NCBI GenBank assembly: GCA_963706325.1
Contig: CAVPLT010000007.1
Span: 512,001 to 576,000 of the forward strand
DNA: 64,000 nucleotides
Direction: 5' to 3'
DNA from: an uncultured Nitrospiraceae bacterium
GTDB lineage: Bacteria; Nitrospirota; Nitrospiria; Nitrospirales; Nitrospiraceae
The translations under genes were made by a program, and so were the position numbers. Shown here in pieces: positions 8,925 to 18,937 of this stretch; position 1 is the first letter of the stretch; each line of letters starts with the position of its first letter. The notes under the pieces were generated by a model. It saw only the letters and a program-made list of their open reading frames with translations. It did not search any database and had not been told where the DNA came from.

Positions 8925-11063
8925 CTACGGAACGAGCTTGTTCATTAACCATTGTTGGGCCGAACGAGGGGCTCGGCGGCCGGGGGTCAGACGCCGATAA
9001 GTACCGTCACGATGTAAAATCCAGGCATGGGTGTTGTCGTCCAGGTAGGGGCGAAGGCCCTCATCGATGACCCGCTGCCGTAAGGATTTGTCAAGCACCG
9101 GAAAAGCCACTTCGATACGCCGGAAAAAATTGCGATCCATCCAATCGGCACTCGAGAGGAAGACTCGGTCGTCGCCATCGTTGAGAAAATAGAAGATCCG
9201 GCTGTGTTCCAGGAACTGGCCAATGATCGAGCGCACCCGAATATGTTCAGAGAGACCCGCGATGCCCGGCCGTAAGGCGCAGGGCCCGCGGACTATCAGA
9301 TCGATTTTTACGCCGGCCTGCGAGGCCTTATAGAGCGCTCGAATAATTTGAGGTTCGAGGAGCGCATTCATCTTGGCGATAATGTGGGCAGGGCGGCCTT
9401 GCTTGGCACGGTCAGTTTCGCGGCCGATCCATTTGAGCAGTGTGGGATGCAAGGTGAATGGCGATTGGAGCAGATGTTTCAGCTTCCCCGGCCGTCCCAG
9501 TGAGGTCAACTGTTGAAAGATACGACGGACGTCGCGCCCGATGGCCGCATCACACGTGAGCAGGCCAAAATCAGTATAGAGTCGGGCATTGCGAACGTGA
9601 TAATTGCCGGTGCCAAGATGGGTATAGTGCCGAAGGAGCCGGCCTTCCCGTCGTAGTACCAGACTCATTTTGGCGTGCGTCTTATGTCCCACCACGCCAT
9701 ACACCACATGGGCGCCCGCCTCCTCCAAATCGTGAGCCAGTTCGATGTTCGCTTCTTCGTCGAAACGAGCGCGGAGCTCGATCACGACGGTGACTTCCTT
9801 CCCGCCTCGCGCCGCATCCACCAAGGATTGCACGATGGCTGAATCCGCGCCCGTTCGATACAACGTCTGCTTGATGGTGAGGACGTGCGGGTCTGCGGCG
9901 GCCTGACGAAGGAATTCCGTCACCGGAGCGAAGGACTGATAGGGATGGTGCAGCAGGATGTCGCCCTGCCGGATGGCGTCGAACCAGTCCTCGCTCGGTG
10001 TAGGAGTGGAAGGAACGCTGGGGGTAAAGGACTGAAATTTGAGGTCGGGGCGTTCGACAAGGTCGGGCACGGTCATCAGTCGATGCAGATTGACCGGTCC
10101 ATGACATTGATACACGTCGTGCGAATCGAGGTGAAATTGTTCGCGGAGAAAATACACCATGTCCGGAGGGCAGTTGTCGGCCACCTCAAGTCGGACCGCA
10201 TCGCCGAATCGCCGATCGGGGAGTTGGCCTTCGAGCGCCCGTCGAAGATCGTCGACGTCTTCTTCGTCCACGAAGAGATTGCTGTTCCTCGTAACACGAA
10301 ACTGGTAACAGCCGGTGACATGCATGCCTGGAAAAAGCTGGTGGACAAAGGCATGGATGACGGACGATAAAAAGGCGAAATCATGCGGCCAGGTGCTGCT
10401 TCGAGCGGGTAGGCGAATCACGCGCGGGAGTGAGCGCGGGACTTGCACGATGGCGGTGCCATTCTGGCGGCCGAAGGCATCGGTGCCCTCCAGCGTGACC
10501 AAAAAGTTGAGGCTCTTGTTGAGCAACTTCGGAAACGGATGCGCGGGATCCAGCCCGACCGGGCTAAGGAGCGGAAGCAATTCGCGCGAAAAGAATCGGC
10601 GCATCCATCGAATGTGCGAGGGCATCCATTCGGCGCGCTTCAGAAACCGGATCCGCTGATCGGCCAATTGTGGAATGAGTCCATGGTTCAAGACCGTATA
10701 CTGTTCTTGCACCAGCTGATGTGTGAGCGTGGCTATGCGCGAAAGGAGTTCGGAGGGCGTCAGGCCGTCGGGGCCCGGTTGTTCCACGCCATGGGTAACC
10801 TGCTCTTTCAGCCCGGCAACGCGGACTTCAAAAAATTCGTCCAGGTTGGAACTCACGATGCAGAGGAATTTTAATCGTTCCAGCAGGGGGACCTTTTTGT
10901 CCTTCGCTAGATCCAGTACCCGACGATTGAATTCCAACAGGCTCAACTCACGATTGATGAACCATTCAGGGCGAGAAAGATCACTGGTGGCGGGCCGTGA
11001 ACCGGCCACGTCAGGGCTCGTGGGTCGGTCCTGCTGGTTGTGAGTTGAGTTCCGCAGTGACAT
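8925..11063 (-). CDS. ppk1: Polyphosphate kinase 1
   Basis: FINRELSLLEFN, ELRARFDEEANI, KTHAK, GTGNY and SADWMDRN motifs. Confidence 0.97.
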   Translation of the reverse strand: MSLRNSTHNQQDRPTSPDVAGSRPATSDLSRPEWFINRELSLLEFNRRVLDLAKDKKVPLLERLKFLCIVSSNLDEFFEVRVAGLKEQVTHGVEQPGPDGLTPSELLSRIATLTHQLVQEQYTVLNHGLIPQLADQRIRFLKRAEWMPSHIRWMRRFFSRELLPLLSPVGLDPAHPFPKLLNKSLNFLVTLEGTDAFGRQNGTAIVQVPRSLPRVIRLPARSSTWPHDFAFLSSVIHAFVHQLFPGMHVTGCYQFRVTRNSNLFVDEEDVDDLRRALEGQLPDRRFGDAVRLEVADNCPPDMVYFLREQFHLDSHDVYQCHGPVNLHRLMTVPDLVERPDLKFQSFTPSVPSTPTPSEDWFDAIRQGDILLHHPYQSFAPVTEFLRQAAADPHVLTIKQTLYRTGADSAIVQSLVDAARGGKEVTVVIELRARFDEEANIELAHDLEEAGAHVVYGVVGHKTHAKMSLVLRREGRLLRHYTHLGTGNYHVRNARLYTDFGLLTCDAAIGRDVRRIFQQLTSLGRPGKLKHLLQSPFTLHPTLLKWIGRETDRAKQGRPAHIIAKMNALLEPQIIRALYKASQAGVKIDLIVRGPCALRPGIAGLSEHIRVRSIIGQFLEHSRIFYFLNDGDDRVFLSSADWMDRNFFRRIEVAFPVLDKSLRQRVIDEGLRPYLDDNTHAWILHRDGTYRRLTPGRRAPRSAQQWLMNKLVP

Positions 11064-11164
11064 AAGCAAAGAATCGGCAGTATCGCAATCGCCAGAGGCA
11101 AGGGATCAAGAGCCGGTTAAATGTATTAGGTGGCGCTCCAAGTCAGACATGATGTTGGAATGGT

Positions 11165-12073
11165 TCACCCCGCGCACCCGATGCGGCCGGTGGAAACCAC
11201 GAAGTTGTCCAGGTAGCGTTGTTGGACCTGGGCGAAGGGTACGGAAGTCCAATACTGCTCGAGATACACGGCGTTGATGCCGTAGTCATTGTAATCACCG
11301 ATCCAATTCAACCCCGTTCGCTGTGCCTCCTGTTGGTCGTCGATCCAGTACTCGAACAGGCCGTCGGCGGCTTCGCGACTATTGAGTTTCATGTGGACCT
11401 CAACGCAAAACCACTTGCCGACGTGGTCCGCGCTGAATAATGAGGTTTTGCCGCCGGCCGCTCCGATCCATCGCAAGCGTGGAAAGTCGTTGTACGTGGT
11501 CGTGCGCAGGTTGCCACGTTCGTCGGTTCCGGAGGCAGGGTCGAGATACAGCCGTTCGGGATCTGAGCCGGGCGAACCCCCGCTCCATACATGGCCAATG
11601 GCGGCCTGGGCAAATCGATCGCTGGCGAGGATCGTGGCTCTGGTCAGCTTGTCGGCCCCACCGCCCGTCCAACCCGGTTGGAGGCGGAGATAGAAGCGCC
11701 AATAGACCTCGCGGTACCGGGCCGTTCCCGCATCGACTGGTTTCATGTATGCGCTTGGAGTTTTGCCGAACGCGAGGTGCAGAAATCCTCCATGGGGATC
11801 ACCGGGGAGGTACTCCGCGCGCATGCCGGCTGAGCGGCCGACGCCCGCACCGGATTCGCGGACAAATCGACCATGCCGTTGATCGTACTCAAAATAGGTA
11901 CTGAGCCGATCGATCTCAAAATCATCGCACCAGACCCATTCTGCATGGCGGCTCTGCCAGTCCGCGCAGGCTGCATTCACCGGTGGTTCGGCAGCAGTCA
12001 ACGAACCATTTTCGCTGAACGACAAGACGGCAAGCAAGGCCGCTAAAAGTCGGCATCGCAGCTCAGGCGCCAT
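11165..12073 (-). CDS. Exported hypothetical protein, polysaccharide-lyase/LamG-like jelly roll (tentative)
   Basis: Signal peptide, WCDDFE, KWFCVEVHMKLN, YWIDD and YLDNFVVST; starts 2 nt after the ilvD stop. Confidence 0.6.
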   Translation of the reverse strand: MAPELRCRLLAALLAVLSFSENGSLTAAEPPVNAACADWQSRHAEWVWCDDFEIDRLSTYFEYDQRHGRFVRESGAGVGRSAGMRAEYLPGDPHGGFLHLAFGKTPSAYMKPVDAGTARYREVYWRFYLRLQPGWTGGGADKLTRATILASDRFAQAAIGHVWSGGSPGSDPERLYLDPASGTDERGNLRTTTYNDFPRLRWIGAAGGKTSLFSADHVGKWFCVEVHMKLNSREAADGLFEYWIDDQQEAQRTGLNWIGDYNDYGINAVYLEQYWTSVPFAQVQQRYLDNFVVSTGRIGCAG

Positions 12074-12075
12074 GA

Positions 12076-13749
12076 CTAGGTCGTCACCGCGCCTTCGGAA
12101 GCGGAAGAAACATGGCGGGCATATTTTCCCATCACTCCCGACAAGTACCGGGGAGCGGGGTATGTCACCTTTTTGAGCCGCGCCGTAAGTTCCTTCTGAG
12201 TGAGTGCGACATCAAGCCGTCGCTTCGCGATGTCAAAGGTAATGGTATCGCCGTTTTTCACGGCGCCGATCGGGCCACCTTTGACGGCTTCCGGCGCCAC
12301 ATGTCCTGCCATCAAACCATGGGTCGCTCCGGAGAATCTTCCATCGGTGAGGAGCGCGACAGAATCGCCGAGTCCTGCCCCGACGATGGCCGCGGTCACA
12401 CCTAGCATTTCTCGCATGCCCGGACCGCCCGATGGTCCTTCGTATCGAATGACGACCACATCGCCGGATTTGATTTTTCCTGCTTGGACGGCCAGGAAGG
12501 CATCTTCCTCACGATCAAACACCTTGGCGGGCCCGCTGAAATGCATGATGGAATGGCCGGCCACCTTGACCACGCATCCTTCCGGCGCCAGGTTGCCCTT
12601 GAGAATGACCATTCCTCCCGTCGGCTTGATCGGCTTCGACAATGTACGCAGTACTTGTTGATCGGGCTTCTCCTGAGCGGTCTTGGCCTCCTCACCGATG
12701 GTGCGCCCGGTAACGGTGATCTGGTCAGGGTGCAGGATCTTCGCATCCAGCAAACGTTTCGCGACCAAGGTGGTTCCGCCGGCCGCATAAAGATCCGCCG
12801 CAGTAAATCGGCCGCCCGGCTTCAGATCCGCCAGCAACGGCACCTTCCGATTGATCTTGTCAAAATCGTCGATGGTCAGTCGCACGCCCATTTCGCGCGC
12901 GATAGCCAGCAGGTGGAGCACGGCGTTGGTCGAACCGCCGGTCGTCGCAACGGCGGCGATGGCATTTTCGATCGATCGGCGCGTGATGATCTGCTTGGGG
13001 CGAATGTCTTTCTTGAGCAGGTCCATGACCAGTTTGCCGCATTCAAAGGCTACGTCGTCTTTCTTTTGGTCCATGGCCGGAACGCCGTTCCGTCCCATCG
13101 CCGAGATTCCCAGGAATTCGAACGCGATGGCCATGGTATTGGCGGTAAACTGGCCGCCGCAGGCACCGGGGCCAGGGCAAGCGTGATCTTCCAGATCTTT
13201 CAATTCCGCATTTGTCATGGTACCGGCGGCATGTTTTCCCACTGCTTCGAAGACGTCCTGAATCGTGACGTCGTGTCCCTGGAATTGTCCCGGCATGATG
13301 GATCCGCCGTAGATCATGAGCGAGGGAATGTTGAGCCGGCAGAGTGCCATGACCGTGCCGGGAATGGTTTTGTCGCAGCCTGACAGGGCCACGACGCCGT
13401 CGAACAGGTGACCGCGGGCGACCAGCTCGATGGAATCTGCAATCACCTCCCGACTGATGAGGGACGCTTTCATGCCTTCCGTGCCCATGGAAATGCCGTC
13501 GGATACAGCGATGGTATTGTACTCAATCGGGGTGCCGCCGGCCGCTCGGATCCCGGCCTTCACCCGTTCGGACAGGCGGCGAAGGTGATAGTTGCACGGC
13601 ATGACTTCAATCCAGGTATTGGCGACGCCGATCAAGGGGCGTTCAAGGTCGGCATCCGTGAAGCCGACCGCTTTCAGCATGGCGCGAGCAGGGGCGCGGC
13701 CCGGTCCGTCGAGTAACTTGTGGCTCTTGTGTCGAGGGTCGATCGTCAT
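12076..13749 (-). CDS. ilvD: Dihydroxy-acid dehydratase
   Basis: PCN, CDKTIPG, GACGGQFTANTM, GGSTN, GPGMREML and TDGRFSG motifs. Confidence 0.97.
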   Translation of the reverse strand: MTIDPRHKSHKLLDGPGRAPARAMLKAVGFTDADLERPLIGVANTWIEVMPCNYHLRRLSERVKAGIRAAGGTPIEYNTIAVSDGISMGTEGMKASLISREVIADSIELVARGHLFDGVVALSGCDKTIPGTVMALCRLNIPSLMIYGGSIMPGQFQGHDVTIQDVFEAVGKHAAGTMTNAELKDLEDHACPGPGACGGQFTANTMAIAFEFLGISAMGRNGVPAMDQKKDDVAFECGKLVMDLLKKDIRPKQIITRRSIENAIAAVATTGGSTNAVLHLLAIAREMGVRLTIDDFDKINRKVPLLADLKPGGRFTAADLYAAGGTTLVAKRLLDAKILHPDQITVTGRTIGEEAKTAQEKPDQQVLRTLSKPIKPTGGMVILKGNLAPEGCVVKVAGHSIMHFSGPAKVFDREEDAFLAVQAGKIKSGDVVVIRYEGPSGGPGMREMLGVTAAIVGAGLGDSVALLTDGRFSGATHGLMAGHVAPEAVKGGPIGAVKNGDTITFDIAKRRLDVALTQKELTARLKKVTYPAPRYLSGVMGKYARHVSSASEGAVTT

Positions 13750-13995
13750 GGAAACTCCTTGATCTGTGGGACTGCAATCTACTGTTTAGCGCTCCACTTC
13801 AAGTGGGTCGCAAACTGTCGCACAGATAGGCGGGGAGGGTCAATCTGCTGCAGCTAAGAGCCTTGCGGATTTCGAAGCCACGCGAGTCGTGATGGTAGGG
13901 TTGTCGAAATGGTATGGGTTATGGGTAGTAGGGCGACGTGAACGATGCAAGCACGAGGCAGGGCAGCACTCAAAATGTTGCCCTGCCGAGCAAGC

Positions 13996-14355
13996 TTAGT
14001 GCGTCTCTTTTTTGTCCTTCTTCTCGTGTTTCTCGTGTTTGGCTTCGGTATCGATGATCGTGCCCGTGCCGGCATCGATATGGACTTCCGTCACCTTGCC
14101 ATCAGCTCCCAGCACCTCAACCTCCCAGACCGTCTTGTCGTGCTTCTTTTCCAGCTCAGCTTCGACCACGGTGCCAGGCACCTTCTCCGAGGCCGTTTTG
14201 ATAGCTTGATCGATGGTCACCTTAGCGTCCTTCACTAGGTCGGCGACGTGACCTTCGTCGTGCTTGCCTTTATGTCCCTTGCCGCTCCAGGCCGGGGTGC
14301 CCGTGAAACAGAGCGCGCCGAGTATCAATGCTGGTACGGCGATATGCTTGATCAT
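13996..14355 (-). CDS. PepSY domain exported protein
   Basis: Signal peptide; AKVTIDQAIKTA...VVEAELE...WEVEV...VHIDAGTG; His/Lys-rich ends. Confidence 0.88.
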   Translation of the reverse strand: MIKHIAVPALILGALCFTGTPAWSGKGHKGKHDEGHVADLVKDAKVTIDQAIKTASEKVPGTVVEAELEKKHDKTVWEVEVLGADGKVTEVHIDAGTGTIIDTEAKHEKHEKKDKKETH

Positions 14356-14384
14356 GATGACCTCCGATCTTAGGTAGTGAACGG

Positions 14385-14984
14385 CTATTGGGGTTTAGCT
14401 TGTCCATGGGGGTTTGCGCCTGGAGCATTGCCGCCATGGGGATTCTTGCCATGAGGAGCATCATAGCCGCCCTTGTGCTGTTGCATCGCTTTGTCATGCT
14501 CGGCCTGTTGCTTGGTACGCTGCTCGGGCGTCAACAGCGCCAAGGCTTCCCGTCTGGTCTTGATCGACAACAGCCGCAGTCCGATTTGAACATCCTCGCT
14601 CTGCTTGAGCTTGCTTTCGATGGCGGACATCTCGGTCTTGTCTTCCTCCATCAATGCCCTCAACTCGCGTTCAGCTACCTGAATATCGGCCTCCATCTTG
14701 ATACGATTCTTGTCTAGATTCAGCTGCATTTCCTTGAGTTTGGTGACTTGTTCAGCGCTTAATCCGATGTCTTTTTCATGTTTTAGAAGATGCCGGATGA
14801 GATGGCCTGCCCCGCCATGCATCATCATTTCCATCATGCCCGAGCCGGAACCGTGCCGGCTTCCCTTTTCGGATTTCTCGCCGTGGCCACCATACCCGCC
14901 TTCTGGATTCGCCCACGTGGGAGCAACCGTCAGGGCGCATGCGAGGGCCGATGCCGTGGCAAAAGTGAACAGTTTCGTCGTCAT
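14385..14984 (-). CDS. Spy/CpxP/ZraP-like (LTXXQ) periplasmic protein
   Basis: Signal peptide, IGLSAEQ and LLTPEQ motifs, His/Met-rich linker; AAGGAGG RBS. Confidence 0.85.
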   Translation of the reverse strand: MTTKLFTFATASALACALTVAPTWANPEGGYGGHGEKSEKGSRHGSGSGMMEMMMHGGAGHLIRHLLKHEKDIGLSAEQVTKLKEMQLNLDKNRIKMEADIQVAERELRALMEEDKTEMSAIESKLKQSEDVQIGLRLLSIKTRREALALLTPEQRTKQQAEHDKAMQQHKGGYDAPHGKNPHGGNAPGANPHGQAKPQ

Positions 14985-15008
14985 TCATTCCTCCTTCGGT
15001 TAGGTCGA

Positions 15009-15656
15009 TTAATGTCCGGTCAGCCCGCGTAAGAGCCCATGGTCACCGGTGAAGGCATTCACCATAAATTGAACAGCCAGCGCGGCGAGCAACAGGCCCA
15101 TCAAACGGGAAATAATTTTCTCCGCAAGGGGATTCAGCCACTTCGCGCCGCGTGCACCGATCGCTAATATACTGTAACTCGCCAACCCGACGAGTACAAG
15201 GCATCCCAATAAGACGATGCGGAGTATGAATGTTGTCGCATGCGTTTCCAGCAGAATCACCGTGGAGATCGCCGCCGGCCCGGCGAGCATGGGGATAGCG
15301 AGAGGAGTAATGGCGACATCATCTTTGCTGGTTCCCGCGGCCGTTTCCGCAGCGGTTTCCTGTACCGTAGACCGTTGCGCGCGAAGCATATCAAGGGCGA
15401 CCAACAGTAAGATCAATCCGCCCGCAATCTGAACCGCCGGCAGCGTGATGCCGAGAAATTTAAAGATCGTCTGTCCGAACAAGGCGAACCCCGTCAAAAT
15501 TCCCACGGCGACCACACAAGCCATGCGAGCCGTTCGCAAGCGTTGTCCCACCGAATCTCGTGGAGTCATGGCAAGAAACGCCGGCACGACGGCAATGGGG
15601 TCCACGATCACGAAAAGGGAGCTGAACGCGAACAGCGCGTATTCAATGAGGGTCAT
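15009..15656 (-). CDS. MarC family inner-membrane protein
   Basis: LFVIVDP, PLAIPMLAGPAAIS and RLMGLLLAALAVQF; six hydrophobic segments. Confidence 0.93.
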   Translation of the reverse strand: MTLIEYALFAFSSLFVIVDPIAVVPAFLAMTPRDSVGQRLRTARMACVVAVGILTGFALFGQTIFKFLGITLPAVQIAGGLILLLVALDMLRAQRSTVQETAAETAAGTSKDDVAITPLAIPMLAGPAAISTVILLETHATTFILRIVLLGCLVLVGLASYSILAIGARGAKWLNPLAEKIISRLMGLLLAALAVQFMVNAFTGDHGLLRGLTGH

Positions 15657-15685
15657 GGGGGAGGTAGACCTCGGTGCAATGCTGA

Positions 15686-16714
15686 TCAGGATGAACTGCG
15701 ACGCGAGGCGGCGAGAATCTCCGCACGCGGATCGCTGTGGCGAGCCCGGCCCAGCTGCTCATACAGGGCTCGTTCCTCGTCGGACAGCGTGGTGGGCATG
15801 ACGATCTTCAGTTTGAGAAATAAATCCCCATGATCACCGGTGCCGGTCGGCAATCCCTTGCCCTTCAGGCGAAGTTTTCCGTCGGCCTTGCTGCCGGGTG
15901 GAATCTTTACCTTGACCGGTTCCGTCAAAGTCGGGGCCATCACTTCCGCGCCAAGTGCGGCTTCCCACGGCCAGACCGGCAGCGTGACCTGCACGTCGAC
16001 CCCTTTTTGACGGAAGATGCCGTTCGGTCGAATGTGCACACGGAGGTAGAGATCGCCGGGTTTGCCCCCATTGACACCGGGTTGTCCCTTGCCTGCGATG
16101 CGCATTCGGGTGTCATGTTGTATTCCGGAAGGAATGCGCACTTCAATCGTGCGTTTTTCTGTTTGCGTGCCGGTGCCGCCGCAGACCACGCAAGGCCGGC
16201 CGCGAACAATGGCACTGCCGCCGCACGCTTTGCATGGGATGCGTTGGGTCAGATCGATACGTCGCGAAACACCGCTGAGCACATCCTTGATGGTGAGGTC
16301 GACATCCGTTTCCAGGTCCTCGCCATCGGCTGCAAAACCTGGAGCGCCCCCGCCACGCCCTCGACCGCCAAAGAACGTGTCAAAGATATCCCCGAAATCA
16401 CCGCTATAGCCTCCGCCTGGGCCACCCTGCCCGCCTTGAGTACCAGTCTGCTGACGAGCCTTCTCATAGGCTTCGGCCTGCTCCCAGTTTTGGCCGTACT
16501 GATCATACTTTTTGCGCTTGTCGGGATCCGACAGCACCTCGTGCGCTTCATTCAATTCCTTGAATTTTTTCTCCATCTCCGTTTTTTTTGACCCGGTATG
16601 GAGGTCTGGATGAAATTCGCGCGCCCGACGACGATACGCTTTCTTAATGTCGTCGGCGGACGAACTACGGGGGATGCCGAGTATATCGTAGTAGCCGCGT
16701 TGCGCAGTAGCCAT
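15686..16714 (-). CDS. DnaJ-class co-chaperone (CbpA/DnaJ-like) with a reduced zinc finger
   Basis: J-domain with HPD, G/F-rich linker, only two CxxCxG motifs, and DnaJ C-terminal domain (PGDLYL). Confidence 0.9.
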   Translation of the reverse strand: MATAQRGYYDILGIPRSSSADDIKKAYRRRAREFHPDLHTGSKKTEMEKKFKELNEAHEVLSDPDKRKKYDQYGQNWEQAEAYEKARQQTGTQGGQGGPGGGYSGDFGDIFDTFFGGRGRGGGAPGFAADGEDLETDVDLTIKDVLSGVSRRIDLTQRIPCKACGGSAIVRGRPCVVCGGTGTQTEKRTIEVRIPSGIQHDTRMRIAGKGQPGVNGGKPGDLYLRVHIRPNGIFRQKGVDVQVTLPVWPWEAALGAEVMAPTLTEPVKVKIPPGSKADGKLRLKGKGLPTGTGDHGDLFLKLKIVMPTTLSDEERALYEQLGRARHSDPRAEILAASRRSSS

Positions 16715-16857
16715 TAGTGTGGGTCCGTCAAAAAATTATGTGCAAAGTGCAATCGTTTCAGGAGCTTACGAGGTCTCCCGATGCATTGCAAGCGACTCGT
16801 GTTTTTCTCCTTGTCTGCCACGGATCTATTAAAGAGATAAGAAACAGTCTGCGGCAG

Positions 16858-17958
16858 TCAAGAGGCTGGGCGTGACCCCATGTCAAACCGGTGGTTGCCG
16901 ATGAAGAAGTGCAGCTTGTTTATGGGGAGAAACATCCAGAGAGCAGACCCTGGCTGTCCTAGAGTTCCTCTACTCGCACGCACGACGAGCGGAAGGTGGC
17001 CGATTCGACAATGGAAGAGGAGGTCAGCGCCGAGGTCTTCAATAAGGTCAACCATCGCCTGCACTCGAATCGTCCCGGCTTCTTCTTGCAGTCGGATATC
17101 TTCAGGGCGGATACCGAGGGTGACAACTGATTCCTCGGTCGGCGGGTGCGCCGGCATAGCGGCCGGCAGCGGAAATTGGAGGGCATCACTGCGAAACAAT
17201 AGCTGATCTTTCTGCCGTGTCACAGTCCCCGGCCAGAGGTTCATGGGTGGCGTGCCGATGAAGGAGGCGACGAAAGGGTCGGCGGGGGCCGCATAGAGGC
17301 GTTGAGGAGGATCAACTTGTCTGACGTGGCCGCTCTCCAGTACGACGATGCGATCGCCCAACGTCATCGCTTCGACCTGATCGTGGGTGACATAGATGAT
17401 GGTGGCCTGCAGCCGCTGCTGTAATTTCTTCAACTCGATGCGCATCGAGGTGCGCAGTTGGGCATCCAGGTTGGAGAGCGGCTCATCGAACAGAAACAGT
17501 TTGGGCTTGCGCACGATCGCCCGCCCCATCGCTACCCGCTGTCGTTGACCGCCGGACAAGTCTTTGGGCTTGCGGTCCAGCAGGGGATGAATGTCCAATA
17601 GCTGGGCGGCCTCCGCGATGCGCGTTTCGATGACGTGGCGTGGGGCGCGGTGCATCTTAAGAGCAAAGGCGAGGTTTTCACGAACTGACAGATGCGGATA
17701 GAGCGCGTATTGCTGGAAGACCATCGCAATGTCGCGTTCTGCCGGGGGCAGGTGATCAACCCCCACACCGTCGATGAGAACCTGACCGGATGTCTGGTTG
17801 TCGAGCCCGGCAATGATGCGCAGGAGCGTCGATTTGCCGCAGCCGGACGGCCCGAGCAGAATCGTAAAACTCCCATCCGAAACCTGCAGCGAGATGTCGC
17901 GCAGCACTGGCTGGTCTCGGAACGACTTTGAGATATGACGGAGCTCGAGTTCAGCCAC
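16858..17958 (-). CDS. Carbohydrate ABC transporter ATP-binding protein (MalK/UgpC type)
   Basis: Walker A GPSGCGKS, signature LSGGQRQR, DEPLSNLD and YVTHDQVEAMT; C-terminal TOBE-like region. Confidence 0.95.
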   Translation of the reverse strand: MAELELRHISKSFRDQPVLRDISLQVSDGSFTILLGPSGCGKSTLLRIIAGLDNQTSGQVLIDGVGVDHLPPAERDIAMVFQQYALYPHLSVRENLAFALKMHRAPRHVIETRIAEAAQLLDIHPLLDRKPKDLSGGQRQRVAMGRAIVRKPKLFLFDEPLSNLDAQLRTSMRIELKKLQQRLQATIIYVTHDQVEAMTLGDRIVVLESGHVRQVDPPQRLYAAPADPFVASFIGTPPMNLWPGTVTRQKDQLLFRSDALQFPLPAAMPAHPPTEESVVTLGIRPEDIRLQEEAGTIRVQAMVDLIEDLGADLLFHCRIGHLPLVVRASRGTLGQPGSALWMFLPINKLHFFIGNHRFDMGSRPAS

Positions 17959-17995
17959 AGCGATCTTCCTACCAAATAACCGTTAACAGTGCGCA

Positions 17996-18121
17996 CAGAA
18001 TGTTCAACCAGGCTGTCCAGCAAGGCCGCAGGAAGTACGGCGACCGAGGCGTACCCGCCGGGTACGTCGCAGGGTGGCGTGCGACCGAGAACGCCGCTGG
18101 AAGCCCGTTTTCAACATTCTG
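17996..18121. repeat. MITE-like structured repeat, copy 1 (~126 bp)
   Basis: Termini CAGAATGTT...AACATTCTG; core CCAGCAAGGCCGCAG...CCGAGGCGTACCC-GCC-GGGTACG...CGAGAACGCCGCTGG shared with the copies at 40014 and 50240. Confidence 0.85.
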
Positions 18122-18937
18122 CTAGCCTTTCACCGCGCCGGCGGACAATCCGCTCACAATCCAGCGTTGGCAGAGCAACACGACCACAATCAGCGGGAGC
18201 GTTGCGACGACCGAGGCGGCAGCCAATTCGCCCCAGGGCATGCTGAACTCTCCCTGGAAGAGCGCGATGCCGACCGGAAGTGTTTGCTGTTCCGGTTGTG
18301 TCAGGATCAGTAACGCGAAGAAAAACTCATTCCAGGCATAGATCAGAATCAAAATGGCGGCGGTGAAAATCCCGGGCGCGGCCAGCGGGAGCGTAATGCG
18401 TAGCAGGGTGCCCCAGGGACCGCAGCCGTCAACACGCGCGGCATCCTCCAACTCAGGCGGCAGCTCTTTGAAGAAGCTGGCCAGAATCCAAATGGCGAGC
18501 GGCAGGGTCAGGGCCACATAGGGAAGGACGACGCCCCAACGGTGGTTGAGCCCACCGAGGACATCGAGCAGACGCCATACGGGTCCGGCGATAGCCATTT
18601 GGGGAAACATTGAGACGCAGAGCAGTACCGCCAGAATGCCTTGCTTGCCGGGAATGGTGAGCCGCGCCAGCGCGTAGGCGGCCGGAATCGCAATCAGCAA
18701 GGACAGCAAGGTCGTCGAGCCGGCCACCACGATGCTATTGACCACATAGTCGAACAGATGATGATCGAAGAGCACCGAGCGATAAAAGCTCAGGCTGCCC
18801 GACGGCCACCAGGTGGGCGGCACGGTTTCGATGTCGGCCGGGGACTTTAATGAGGTGAGCAGAAACCATAGGAAGGGCGAGAGACTCACGCCGACCGCGC
18901 CGACAATGCCAAGCGCGAGGAAGAGGCGTCGGTTCAT
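18122..18937 (-). CDS. Carbohydrate ABC transporter permease (MalG type)
   Basis: EAA-like motif ELEDAARVDGC and YAWNEFF; start reassigned to ATG 18937, which overlaps the upstream stop (ATGA). Confidence 0.92.
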   Translation of the reverse strand: MNRRLFLALGIVGAVGVSLSPFLWFLLTSLKSPADIETVPPTWWPSGSLSFYRSVLFDHHLFDYVVNSIVVAGSTTLLSLLIAIPAAYALARLTIPGKQGILAVLLCVSMFPQMAIAGPVWRLLDVLGGLNHRWGVVLPYVALTLPLAIWILASFFKELPPELEDAARVDGCGPWGTLLRITLPLAAPGIFTAAILILIYAWNEFFFALLILTQPEQQTLPVGIALFQGEFSMPWGELAAASVVATLPLIVVVLLCQRWIVSGLSAGAVKG

